The notes beneath the pieces were generated by a model that ran no database searches, was not told the DNA's origin, and saw nothing but the letters and a program-made list of their open reading frames with translations. The translations under genes were made by a program, and so were the position numbers. A DNA stretch of 64,000 nucleotides. Origin: Chloroflexota bacterium. GTDB lineage: Bacteria > Chloroflexota > Limnocylindria > P2-11E. Positions within the stretch are counted from its first letter, which is position 1. Every line of letters begins with the position of its first letter. The stretch is taken from assembly GCA_038040265.1 (NCBI GenBank), contig JBBPIP010000006.1, forward strand, positions 5,423 to 69,422. Direction: 5' to 3'. Positions 17,004 to 26,493 of the stretch are shown piece by piece.

Positions 17004-18038
17004 GTGCGTTTTGGCTTCTGGATGCCCGTGTTCGGCGGATGGCTGCGCAACGTCGAGGACGAAGGCATGCCCGCGACGTTCGCCTACCAGCGCGAGCTCG
17101 CGCAGCAGGCGGATCGAACCGGCTGGGACGTCACCCTCGTCGCGGAGCTCAACCTGAACGACATCAAGGGACCCGAAGCGGACTGCCTCGAGGCGTGGAC
17201 CACCGCGGCGGCGCTCGCCCCGCTCACCGAGCGGCTCGAGCTCATGACCGCTGTGCGTCCGAACTTCCGCCTTCCCGCCCTCGTGGCGAAAGAGGCGGCG
17301 ACCATCGATCAGATCTCGAACGGCCGCTTCACGCTCAACGTCGTGAGCGCGTGGTGGGAGGCGGAAAGTAGTCAATACGGCGGGGCGTGGGTAAAACACG
17401 ATGAGCGCTACGCGCGCACTGAAGAGTTCCTCGCCGTCCTCAAGGGCATGTGGACCAAAGACGAGTACACGCTTGAGGGCCACTACTACACGATCAAGAA
17501 CGCGCGACTCGCGCCGAAACCCGTACAAAAGCCGTGGCCGGTCCTCTACGCGGGCGGCGAGTCGCCCGCTGCGAAGGACCTCATCGCGCGCGAGTGCGAC
17601 GCCTATCTGATGCACGGCGACCCGCCCGAGGTGATCGCCGGGAAGATCGAGGACATGCGCGCCCGTCGCGCGAAGCATCCCGAGCTGCCGCCGCTCCGGT
17701 TCGGCGTCGCGGCCTACTCGATCGTTCGGAATAGCGACGCGGACGTGAAGAAGGAGCTCGCGCGCATCACCGACGTCCGCGCGAGCGCGCGCGGCTACGC
17801 GAGCTATCAGGAATTCATCAAGGGCTCGCAGCTCGAGACCAAGATCTCGCTCGAGGACTACAGCGTCTCGAATCGTGGGCTGCGCACGGGTCTGGTCGGT
17901 ACGCCGGAGCAGGTCGCCGATCGAGTGCGCGGGCTCGAGCGCATCGGCATCGACCTGCTGCTCCTCCAGTGCAGCCCGCAGCGCGAGGAGATGCAGCGTT
18001 TCTCCTCAGAGGTCTTCCCGCTCGTCGCGCAGTCGTAG
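17004..18038 (+). CDS. LLM-class flavin-dependent monooxygenase (SsuD/SfnG-like)
   Basis: MRFGFWMPVFGGW, T.DQISNGRFTLNVVS.W, RYARTEEF, YAGGES. Confidence 0.88.
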   Translation: MRFGFWMPVFGGWLRNVEDEGMPATFAYQRELAQQADRTGWDVTLVAELNLNDIKGPEADCLEAWTTAAALAPLTERLELMTAVRPNFRLPALVAKEAATIDQISNGRFTLNVVSAWWEAESSQYGGAWVKHDERYARTEEFLAVLKGMWTKDEYTLEGHYYTIKNARLAPKPVQKPWPVLYAGGESPAAKDLIARECDAYLMHGDPPEVIAGKIEDMRARRAKHPELPPLRFGVAAYSIVRNSDADVKKELARITDVRASARGYASYQEFIKGSQLETKISLEDYSVSNRGLRTGLVGTPEQVADRVRGLERIGIDLLLLQCSPQREEMQRFSSEVFPLVAQS

Positions 18039-18088
18039 CCATGTAACATTTCGCGAGGGCCGGTCCGGGCCGAAGTGGGGAGGAATTC

Positions 18089-19042
18089 ATGCGTCGTTGG
18101 TCAATTCCCGTTATCGCCGCGCTCATGCTTCTGTCGGGGCAGACGGTGCTTGCCGCGCAACCTGCGCAGGGTGTCGTTCGGGATCTCGCGGACGCGAGCA
18201 ACGCACGGTGTCACAACCCTGAAGGCATAACCGCGTCGCCGAACGGCCTGCTTTACGCGGCCGGGCTCTCCGGAAATATCTGCATTTACGACTTGCGCGG
18301 GAACGAGCTGGGCCATCTCACCATCGCCGCGGATCACGCTCTCCTCGGTGAGCTGTACACGCCCGAGGGCATCTACGTCGCGGACAACAACCCCGGATTC
18401 GCGGGCGGTCGTCTCATCAGAGTCAATCCGCGGACCGGTTCCTTCGACGTCCTTGCCGAGGGATTCGGCGCGGCCAACGCCGTCGCGCAGGATCACCACA
18501 AGCGGCTGTACGTCTCGGATTCGTTCGTGGGCGCGATCTACGCAGTCAGCCCGAACGGTGGCGGAAAGACCCTCTGGAAGGCCGATCCGTTACTAGAGGC
18601 CCACGGAATTCCGCCGTTCGGGGCGAACGGTGTCGCCTTCGATCGAACGCAGAGCTTCCTGTACGTCGCCAACACGGCGGACGACCGAATCCTCCGGATC
18701 GCTGTCAATAAGGACGGGAGCGCCGGAGCGATCTCGATCTTCGCTGATGGCGCGACGCTCGGAGCGCGTGCGCTCGATGGCGCGGACGGGATCCAGTTCG
18801 ACGTGAAGGGGAACCTCTACGTCTGCGCGAACCAGGTGAACGAGATTCACGTCCTATCGCCCGGCGGCGCGTTGATCGCGCGATACGGGAACAACCCCGG
18901 CGACGACAAGCTCGACTTCCCCGCGAGTCCGATCTTCCACGGGAAGAGCCTGTACATCGCGAATCTCGCGCTCAATACCCCCGGGGAAGGGAAAATATCC
19001 GTTCTCGGAGTTCCTTGGCCCGGAGCGCCTAGCGGCCGCTAA
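18089..19042 (+). CDS. Secreted SMP-30/gluconolactonase/LRE beta-propeller protein
   Basis: Signal peptide; PEGI, ANGVAFD, LYVANT, ADGIQFD..GNLYV repeats. Confidence 0.85.
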   Translation: MRRWSIPVIAALMLLSGQTVLAAQPAQGVVRDLADASNARCHNPEGITASPNGLLYAAGLSGNICIYDLRGNELGHLTIAADHALLGELYTPEGIYVADNNPGFAGGRLIRVNPRTGSFDVLAEGFGAANAVAQDHHKRLYVSDSFVGAIYAVSPNGGGKTLWKADPLLEAHGIPPFGANGVAFDRTQSFLYVANTADDRILRIAVNKDGSAGAISIFADGATLGARALDGADGIQFDVKGNLYVCANQVNEIHVLSPGGALIARYGNNPGDDKLDFPASPIFHGKSLYIANLALNTPGEGKISVLGVPWPGAPSGR

Positions 19043-19052
19043 GGCACGAGTC

Positions 19053-19089
19053 GCGGCGAGATCGCCCGGTCGTCGGAAGATCTCGCCGC
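19053..19089. terminator. Hairpin between convergent genes
   Basis: GCGGCGAGATC (19053-19063) pairs with GATCTCGCCGC (19079-19089); no U tract. Confidence 0.45.
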
Positions 19090-19102
19090 CTCTCTCGCGC
19101 CG

Positions 19103-20926
19103 TCAGCGCTCCCGGCGCAGGTAATCGAGGATCTCCGCCATCACGCGGCAGTCGACTTCGTTGTAGCGCGCGATCTCTTGCATCACGGGCGATTCCGTCA
19201 GGCTGCGGCCACGCGCGCGTGAATCCGCGGCCGCAGTCCACGCGCCGGCCATCGCGCCGGCACCGTCGGCGAGCCCCTCGCCCCACGCCGTCGTGATGAG
19301 TCCCTGGGCGCGCATCGCGCGAGCGATCGCCTTGAGTCCGAACGAGAACGCGCCCTTGACGACGATCGGCTGCGCACGGAACACACGGCTCAGGAGGTCG
19401 TACCAGGCGAGCGCTGGCCAGGTCCGGTCGGGGTGACGCGAGCGTGCCGACTCGTAGGCGCGCTCGAAGTTGGATTCCTCGGCGAGCGACCAGTGGACGA
19501 GGCGCACATCGCTCGCCGATGCGCCTCCCGCGTCGCGCGCGAGCTCCGCGAGGTGCGTGAGCCACGTGTCGATCATCCGCGCCTCGGCCTCGACGCTCAG
19601 GTCGTCGACCGTGAACTGCTGGAACGACCAGCGGCGCTCGCGATAGGTGCCCGACCCGATCTGGAAGATGAGGGCCTGGCCGCCCTTACGGGGGAAGGTG
19701 CTGAAGTCGTCATCCATGTCGTGAACGAACTCGAAGTCGACGAACGCTTCCGCGGCCGGCGCGACGCGCCACTGCTCCTCGTCCGCGCTGACATGCTTTG
19801 GCCGCAGCACATCGCCAACGTCGCGATTCACGGTGATGACCGCGTCCAGCGTCCGCGCGTGCTCTCCGTCGATGCCGAGGAGCCCGGCGGACGTTCGGGC
19901 GTCGTCCCAACGCGTCACACCTACGGAGTGGGCCGCGGCGCGCAGCTCGGTGTTGACGCGCGGCAGGATGGTGAGCTCCCCGAGCTTTGCCGCGATCTCG
20001 GCCTTCGCGGAGTGCCACGGGAAGTCGCTCGTCGCTTTCATGTTCGGCCAGAGCTCCGCGACGGACGGGACGGGAAGCACGCGCCACTCGGCTCCCTCGG
20101 TGCGCAGACGCCTCACCCATGCGAGCGCCCGCGCGACGACCGCCCCGAGGTCCTCGTCGCGAGATCGGATGAAGGCCTCACGCGGAACGCGCGCCAGCTT
20201 CTCCCAGCAACGGTCTCCGCGTGCGCCGCTCTGCCGCCACGCGCGGCCGGCGACATATGCGGCGGGCGGAGTGAAGCCCTGGACTCGCCCGAGAGCCTCG
20301 TTGTACATCCACGCCTGCGTCATCACGCCGATGGAGTCCGCGCCGAGACCCCCGTCCTTGAGGAGGTGGAGCGTCGAGAACTTGACGTCTACGACGCGGT
20401 AATGACGGCCGTGCCGCATCGCTGCGACCGGAAGCTCGAGCTGATCTCCTAAGAACGCGTCGGGACACAGCTCGCCGAGGACGTCGGAGCGAACGAGCAG
20501 GTCGGCGACACCGTACGTCCGCCGCTCGGGGTCGCGGAGCACGCCCGACGCGATCACGGGAGCGCCGTTCTTCATCGCATCCCACGTGGCCTCAGCGGCG
20601 GCGAGCGAACGCGCTTCGTCCGGCCGCGTGGCGATCCGGGTCACCGGCCATCGCTGCTGCAGATCGACGAGCACCGCCTGTTCGAATCGCCGGCCCTGAT
20701 CCATGAGGTAGCGCGCCAGGTCGAACGCGCGGTCGTACCCCGGCAATTGATCGTCGCGACGGAACCCGTGCTGTTCGCCGTATTCGGAGAGCCAGTCGAC
20801 CAGCAGATCGTCGTGGCACCAGTTGCGAACCGCGCCCGCCGCGACCCAGTCGAGCCAATCGGCGTCGGTTCGCGGATCGACAAGCGTCCCGTCGTCGCGC
20901 TGCGTGATCGCGGCTCGACCGATCAA
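19103..20926 (-). CDS. TM0106-like RecB-family nuclease with C-terminal RNase H-like domain
   Basis: GVADLLVR...YRVVDVK...Q...Y (PD-(D/E)xK); C-terminal FVDFE, YDLL, FGLK.IA, YNEVDC. Confidence 0.82.
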   Translation of the reverse strand: MIGRAAITQRDDGTLVDPRTDADWLDWVAAGAVRNWCHDDLLVDWLSEYGEQHGFRRDDQLPGYDRAFDLARYLMDQGRRFEQAVLVDLQQRWPVTRIATRPDEARSLAAAEATWDAMKNGAPVIASGVLRDPERRTYGVADLLVRSDVLGELCPDAFLGDQLELPVAAMRHGRHYRVVDVKFSTLHLLKDGGLGADSIGVMTQAWMYNEALGRVQGFTPPAAYVAGRAWRQSGARGDRCWEKLARVPREAFIRSRDEDLGAVVARALAWVRRLRTEGAEWRVLPVPSVAELWPNMKATSDFPWHSAKAEIAAKLGELTILPRVNTELRAAAHSVGVTRWDDARTSAGLLGIDGEHARTLDAVITVNRDVGDVLRPKHVSADEEQWRVAPAAEAFVDFEFVHDMDDDFSTFPRKGGQALIFQIGSGTYRERRWSFQQFTVDDLSVEAEARMIDTWLTHLAELARDAGGASASDVRLVHWSLAEESNFERAYESARSRHPDRTWPALAWYDLLSRVFRAQPIVVKGAFSFGLKAIARAMRAQGLITTAWGEGLADGAGAMAGAWTAAADSRARGRSLTESPVMQEIARYNEVDCRVMAEILDYLRRER

Positions 20927-21537
20927 GGAAGCGCACCAACCGTGTCGAGCAGCCCACGAAAGTCAGGCTCCTCGCGGATGGCGGTGCCGTCGGTCGGCGG
21001 TGGCGCGCCCCCGCGGTTAGCCCAGTACACGTCCATGCCCACGCGTGCGGCACCCCCTACGTCGTGCGCCGAGCCCGCGACGAAGAGCACCTCCGCCGGA
21101 TCCAGCCCGAGGCGTTCAAGCGCCATCCGATAAGGGAGCGGATCGGGCTTGTACGCACCGGCCTCTTCCGCGGTGACGACGAGGTCGAAGCGGCCCGCTC
21201 GAAACCCCGCGAGCCGTCCCAGCTTTCGCGAGCAGTTCGTCACGACAAAGCGTTTGGTTCCCTCGAGTCGCTCCATAACTGGAGGTACGTCCGGCCAGGG
21301 CTCGAAGTCGCCCCAGCGACGAAGGAGCTCGCGTGCGCGCTTGGCGTCGACGCCGACATCGCTCGCGCTCTCGCGGACGATGTCCTCGAACGGCCGGTAC
21401 TGCTTTCCGCGAAGCAGCTCCTGCGACGCGGCGTGCCAGCGCATCCCGAGCACCTGGTCGCCCGCCACGCTCGACCAGAGCGTCCATGTGTTGAGGAGAG
21501 CCGTGAGAAGGTCGAACCCGACCGCGGCATAGGCCAT
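20923..21537 (-). CDS. HAD-family hydrolase (haloacid dehalogenase-like)
   Basis: FDLLTAL, VTNCS, YKPDP..Y, LFVAGSAHDV.GA. Confidence 0.88.
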   Translation of the reverse strand: MAYAAVGFDLLTALLNTWTLWSSVAGDQVLGMRWHAASQELLRGKQYRPFEDIVRESASDVGVDAKRARELLRRWGDFEPWPDVPPVMERLEGTKRFVVTNCSRKLGRLAGFRAGRFDLVVTAEEAGAYKPDPLPYRMALERLGLDPAEVLFVAGSAHDVGGAARVGMDVYWANRGGAPPPTDGTAIREEPDFRGLLDTVGALP

Positions 21538-21645
21538 GGAATTAGCCTATCGGCGCACCAGATCCGCGGAGAAAAGGGGTGGCACAGAGAATCGCGTTCA
21601 CGTCCGACGAGACCATCCGCATCGTGAAGCAGATCGGCTAGCGCG

Positions 21646-23610
21646 CTAGTCGCGCGATGTGTGCCTCGTGATCCAGTCGGCGACGCGTCGATTGAAATCG
21701 ACGCGGTGGCTGGGTCTGCCCTGCGCGATGAACATGTGGCTGCCACCGGGATAGCGAACGAACTCGGTCGGGACCTTGCCGGCGGCGACGAGCCCGGTGA
21801 AGAACTCCTCGCCCTGTCCGATCGGGCAGCGCTCGTCGGCCTCGCCGTGTAACACGAGCGTGGGCGTTGTGACCCTGTCGACGTAGTTGATCGGCGAGAG
21901 CCGCCGGAAGGTCTCGCGTCCCTCCGTGATCCCGGCGCTCATCTCCCACGGCGCGAACCACATGCCGATGTCGCTCGTGCCGAAGAACGACTCCTGATTC
22001 ACGACCGGCGCGCCGACCACCGCCGCCTTGAAGCGGTCGGTGTGGCCGATCGTCCAGCTCGTCATGAACCCGCCATACGAATAACCCGCCACCGCGAGCC
22101 GATCCGGATCGGCGATTCCTTCGGACACGAGCTGGTCGACGGCCGCGAGCTGCTCGGCAAGGTCGTGGTCGCCCCACTTGCCGCGGATTCCGTGAGCGAA
22201 CTCGCGCCCGTACGAGCCCGAGCCCGTCGGGTTCAGCGCGAGCACGGCCCAGCCGCGCGACGCCAGCACGTAGCGATAGAAGTAGGTGAGCGAAAAGACG
22301 TTCCCCATGAAGCTCTGCGGTCCGCCGTGGATGTCGACGAGAAGCGGTGACGCGCCGCGCCGCTCGGCCGGCAGGAAAAGCCAGCCCTCGACGGTCCCGC
22401 CGTGCGGGCTCGCGAACGTGCGCCGCTCGCCGTGGACAGGAGCGAGCTGAGAAAGGATCTCCTTGTTGAGGTGCGTGAGGCGTCGTTCGCCGCTGCCGTC
22501 CCAGGCGGTCACGTACAGATCCGAAGGCGCCGCAAGGTCGCCCGCCGCGAAGGCGATGCCCAGTCCTGCCCGCGCGCTCGCGTACACGATCTGGCGCTCG
22601 CCGCCCGCGACGACGCTGATCGAGCCGTCGCCGATCGCCGCGCGCACGAGATGCATATTCCCGTGGTCCCCGGCGATGAAGGTCACGCTGGCGTTGTCTT
22701 TGGACCACATCGGACCCGGCGTGACGGTGGGCGGGGGGAGGAGCATCGCGCCGCGGTCGTAGCGCTCGGTGAGGCGCCTTGGTTGACCGCCCTGCGACGG
22801 CACGGTCCAGACGCGGACCATCGGATCGCCGAAGCCGGGGTTCTGCGCGTCGGTGCCGTAGCAGGCGATCGTCGTGCCGTCGGGGGACCACGTCGGCGAG
22901 GTCGCGCGTCCCACGTTCTCGGTGATCCTGAGCGCCGCGCGGCTCGCGATGTCGATGACCCAGATGTCCGACCACGAGTACTCGCTCTTGCCGCCGCGTG
23001 TCCGCGAGAACGCGATCTGACGTCCATCGGGAGACCACGACTCCGCGCGGTCTTCGAAGTCGCCATCGGTGAGCTGCTTCGTCTCGCCGGTCGCGAGGTC
23101 GACGATGAACAGGTGAGACCTCGCGTCGAACGTGTACCCCTGCCCATCCGTCTTGTACTGCGCCTTGGTGACATGGCGCGGCCGGTGCGCCCAGCGCTCT
23201 CTCGCGTCGGCCTCCTCGGGCCGCGCGTCGAGCGGGGTGCGCGCGCTGAACGCGATCTTCGTCCCATCCGGCGACCAGCTCGCCGGGCCGGCGTGGCCGG
23301 CGATGTTCGTGAGCTGACGCGGCTCGCCACCCCTTACCGACATCACGTAGAGCTGACGTTCCTCGCCGGCGCGATCCGAGAGGAACGCGAGCTGGGTGCC
23401 GTCCGGAGACCACCGCGGCGCGGAGTCGCGGGTCGGTCCTCGCGTGAACTCGGTCGCGCCGCCGCCCTCCGTCGGCGCGACGTGGATGGTCGAGCGATAC
23501 TCGTCCTTCTCCGTGTCGATCCAGCTCACCACGTACGCGACACGCGCCCCGTCGGGCGAGAGATCGAGCTCGGGGATCGTCTTGAACGCGAGGAGGTCGG
23601 AGGCGTCCAT
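21646..23610 (-). CDS. S9 family (acylaminoacyl/dipeptidyl) peptidase
   Basis: WSPDG propeller repeats, IHGGP, GYSYGG nucleophile, HGEADERCP, GGSH. Confidence 0.93.
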   Translation of the reverse strand: MDASDLLAFKTIPELDLSPDGARVAYVVSWIDTEKDEYRSTIHVAPTEGGGATEFTRGPTRDSAPRWSPDGTQLAFLSDRAGEERQLYVMSVRGGEPRQLTNIAGHAGPASWSPDGTKIAFSARTPLDARPEEADARERWAHRPRHVTKAQYKTDGQGYTFDARSHLFIVDLATGETKQLTDGDFEDRAESWSPDGRQIAFSRTRGGKSEYSWSDIWVIDIASRAALRITENVGRATSPTWSPDGTTIACYGTDAQNPGFGDPMVRVWTVPSQGGQPRRLTERYDRGAMLLPPPTVTPGPMWSKDNASVTFIAGDHGNMHLVRAAIGDGSISVVAGGERQIVYASARAGLGIAFAAGDLAAPSDLYVTAWDGSGERRLTHLNKEILSQLAPVHGERRTFASPHGGTVEGWLFLPAERRGASPLLVDIHGGPQSFMGNVFSLTYFYRYVLASRGWAVLALNPTGSGSYGREFAHGIRGKWGDHDLAEQLAAVDQLVSEGIADPDRLAVAGYSYGGFMTSWTIGHTDRFKAAVVGAPVVNQESFFGTSDIGMWFAPWEMSAGITEGRETFRRLSPINYVDRVTTPTLVLHGEADERCPIGQGEEFFTGLVAAGKVPTEFVRYPGGSHMFIAQGRPSHRVDFNRRVADWITRHTSRD

Positions 23611-23634
23611 GCGGTCCGCAAGACTACGCCAGCG

Positions 23635-25176
23635 ATGACCGGTCGCGCGCGCAGCGAGTGGGTCTTCACGAAGACCGAAGCGGTCGCGCCGAACGGAATG
23701 GTCACGGCCGATCCGCTCGCGGCGGAGGCCGGCGTCGAGATCCTCCGCGACGGAGGCAATGCTCTCGACGCGGCACTCGCGACCGCGTTCGCTCTCGGCG
23801 TCACCTCGCCGAGGGGCAGCGGGCTTGGCGGGATCGCGGCCCTCGTCGTGTGGCGCGAAGGAAAGACGAGCTCGTTCGACGGGTCGACTCGCGCGCCGCT
23901 CGCGTCGCGGCCCGAGATGTTCGAGCTGCTGGGCGGCGAGACGCGATCGGGGATGTACGGATGGCCCGCCGTGAAGAACGACGCGAACGTCGAAGGTCCG
24001 CTCTCGGTCAGCGTCCCCGGCGCGGTCGCGGCGTACGAGCTCGCGCACCGCCGGCTCGGGAAACTGCCGTGGGCGCGACTCTTCGAGCCCGCGATCCGGC
24101 TCGCGCGCGACGGCTTCGCGATGGACTGGTACGCGACGCTCGTCTTCGGCACGGAGGCGGTGCGGTTGCACAAGAACGCCGAGGCGAAGCGCGTCTACTA
24201 CCGCGAGGGCGGCGCGCCCTACCGCCCGCCGACGGGCTTCGAGCCCGCTGACCGGCTGATCCAACCCGATCTCGCGCGCTCGCTCGAAGCCATAGCACGA
24301 GGCGGCGCGAAGGTCATGTATCACGGCGAGCTCGGGGCAGCGATCGCCGATGACATCCGCGCGCTCGGCGGCATCCTGTCGCGCGAAGACTTCGCGGCGT
24401 ACGAGGCCGGCGAGCCGCCGCCGAACGCGATGGAGTACAGAGGGCATCGCGTCGTCACGCTTCCAGGGCTCACCGGCGGACCGACGGTGGCGCGAGCCCT
24501 TGGCCTTCTCGATCGTGACGACCTCAAGGGGCACCGGCAGCTAAGCGCCGAAAGCCTGCATCGCATCGCGGTCGCGATCCGCGCGGCGTTCGCGGAGAGA
24601 CTCACGTCGATGGCCGACATGCCGAACACCACGCACCTGAACGTGGTCGACCGCGACCGCATGTGCGTCTCGCTTACCGCGACGCTGGGTGGCGGCTTCG
24701 GATCCGCGGTGATGATCAAAGGCACCGGGATCCTCATCACGAATGGCACCTACTGGTTCGATCCGCGGCCCGGCCGCGCCAACTCGATCGCCCCGGGCAA
24801 GCGCGTCCTCTGGGCGGGAGCGCCGACCATCGTGCTGCGGGGCGGCGAGCCGTTCCTCGTGTGCGGCGCGCCCGGCGGACGCAAGATCATGAGCGCGGTC
24901 GTGCAGACCGTCGTCAGTTCCGTGGACTACGGTGACGGGCCGCAAACCGCGACGAGCCGGCCACGCATCCACGACGAGGGCGAGAAGCTCCAGGTGGATT
25001 CCCGCATCCCGGAGGACACGCGCGCTGCGCTCGCGGCGATGGGTCACGAGATCGACGTAAAAGTCGAGGACCCGCTCGCGACGAACTTCGCACGGCCAAG
25101 CGCGATCCAGATCGAGGGCCAGGAGCTGCGCGGCGGCGTCGAAGGGACAAAGATCGGGATCGCCCTCGGGTACTAG
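23635..25176 (+). CDS. ggt: Gamma-glutamyltransferase family protein
   Basis: GGNALDAA, VPGAVA, NTTHLNVVD (Thr nucleophile), GAPGG.KI. Confidence 0.9.
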   Translation: MTGRARSEWVFTKTEAVAPNGMVTADPLAAEAGVEILRDGGNALDAALATAFALGVTSPRGSGLGGIAALVVWREGKTSSFDGSTRAPLASRPEMFELLGGETRSGMYGWPAVKNDANVEGPLSVSVPGAVAAYELAHRRLGKLPWARLFEPAIRLARDGFAMDWYATLVFGTEAVRLHKNAEAKRVYYREGGAPYRPPTGFEPADRLIQPDLARSLEAIARGGAKVMYHGELGAAIADDIRALGGILSREDFAAYEAGEPPPNAMEYRGHRVVTLPGLTGGPTVARALGLLDRDDLKGHRQLSAESLHRIAVAIRAAFAERLTSMADMPNTTHLNVVDRDRMCVSLTATLGGGFGSAVMIKGTGILITNGTYWFDPRPGRANSIAPGKRVLWAGAPTIVLRGGEPFLVCGAPGGRKIMSAVVQTVVSSVDYGDGPQTATSRPRIHDEGEKLQVDSRIPEDTRAALAAMGHEIDVKVEDPLATNFARPSAIQIEGQELRGGVEGTKIGIALGY

Positions 25177-25215
25177 TTCGGCCGGTCGCCCCTCCGGCCG
25201 CTAGGCTGTCCGCGA

Positions 25216-26493
25216 ATGGCACGATTCGTCGTCGAAGGCGGGACGCCTTTACGCGGTGAGATCACTCCCGCAGGGAATAAGAACGAAGCGCTTCCCCTCA
25301 TAGCCGCGAGTTTGCTCACCGACGAACCCGTCACGTTGCACAACATGCCCCGGATTCGAGATGTGCGCGGGATGCTCGAGGTCGTCAGCGCTCTCGGCGC
25401 CAAGGTCGAGGAGCTCGATGAGCGGACGGTGCGCATCACCGGAGAGCTAAAGACGATGGAAGTCCCGAGCGCGCTCGCGCGGGAAATCCGCACGTCGCTG
25501 TTGTTCGCGGGACCGCTTCTCGCCCGGTACAAGAAGGTCAAGCTCGGACTGCCTGGCGGCGACGTGCTCGGCCGGCGTCGCAACGACACGCACTTCCTCG
25601 CGCTCCGCGCGTTCGGAGCCGAGCTCGACGTCTCGTCGGGCGGCTATGGCCTGCACACGAGCGGGCTGAAAGGCGCGGACATCCTTCTCGACGAGCCGTC
25701 GGTCACGGCGACGGAGAACGCGCTCATGGCCGCCGTGCTCGCGCCGGGCCGCACCGTCATCCGCAACGCCGCCAGCGAGCCGCACGTCCAGCAGCTCGGG
25801 ATTGCGCTCATGAAGATGGGCGCGCGGATGGTCGGCATCGGCACGAACACGATCACCATCGACGGCGCCGAGCGCCTCAAGGGGATCGAGCACACGATCC
25901 TGAGCGATCACATGGAGGTCGGCTCCCTCATCGGCGCGGCCGCGATGACGCACGGCGAGATCACGATCAAGAACGCGGTGCCGCAGTACCTGCGCATGAC
26001 GCGACTCGTGTTCAAGCGGCTCGGCGTCGAGACCGAGGAGCAGGGGAGCGATCTGATCGTGAAAGCCTCCGGCCGCTTGGTCATCGAGCACGACCTGGGT
26101 GGCGCGATCCCGAAGGTGCAGTCGCAGGTCTGGCCGGGATTCCCCTCGGATCTCACGAGCATCGCGACCGCGGTGGCGACGCAGGCCGAAGGCACGGTCC
26201 TCATCCATGAATGGATGTACCCGGGCCGGATGTACTGGGTGGGGTCGCTCGAGAGCATGGGCGCGCGGATCATCCTGTGCGACCCGCACCGCGTCGTCGT
26301 GGTCGGCCCGTCGCAGCTTTACGGATCGGATCTGCGAAGCCCCGACATCCGCGCGGGGATGGCGCTCCTTGCGGCGACGCTGTCGGCGAAGGGCACGAGC
26401 ACGATCAACAACGTCGAGCAGATCGATCGCGGCTACGAGGAGCTCGACAAGAGACTGCGCGCGCTCGGAGCCAAGATCGAACGCGCGGCGTGA
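25216..26493 (+). CDS. murA: UDP-N-acetylglucosamine 1-carboxyvinyltransferase
   Basis: GNKN.ALP, LPGGDVLGRR, SVTATEN, EPH, PGFPSD, DIRAG, IDRGYE. Confidence 0.95.
   Translation: MARFVVEGGTPLRGEITPAGNKNEALPLIAASLLTDEPVTLHNMPRIRDVRGMLEVVSALGAKVEELDERTVRITGELKTMEVPSALAREIRTSLLFAGPLLARYKKVKLGLPGGDVLGRRRNDTHFLALRAFGAELDVSSGGYGLHTSGLKGADILLDEPSVTATENALMAAVLAPGRTVIRNAASEPHVQQLGIALMKMGARMVGIGTNTITIDGAERLKGIEHTILSDHMEVGSLIGAAAMTHGEITIKNAVPQYLRMTRLVFKRLGVETEEQGSDLIVKASGRLVIEHDLGGAIPKVQSQVWPGFPSDLTSIATAVATQAEGTVLIHEWMYPGRMYWVGSLESMGARIILCDPHRVVVVGPSQLYGSDLRSPDIRAGMALLAATLSAKGTSTINNVEQIDRGYEELDKRLRALGAKIERAA

Noticed and set aside
21646-25176. Apparent ~2-kb overlap of two very long opposite-strand ORFs (962 and 924 aa)
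   Set aside because: Artefact of upstream extension; the real genes start at 23610 (S9 peptidase) and 23635 (GGT) and are divergent
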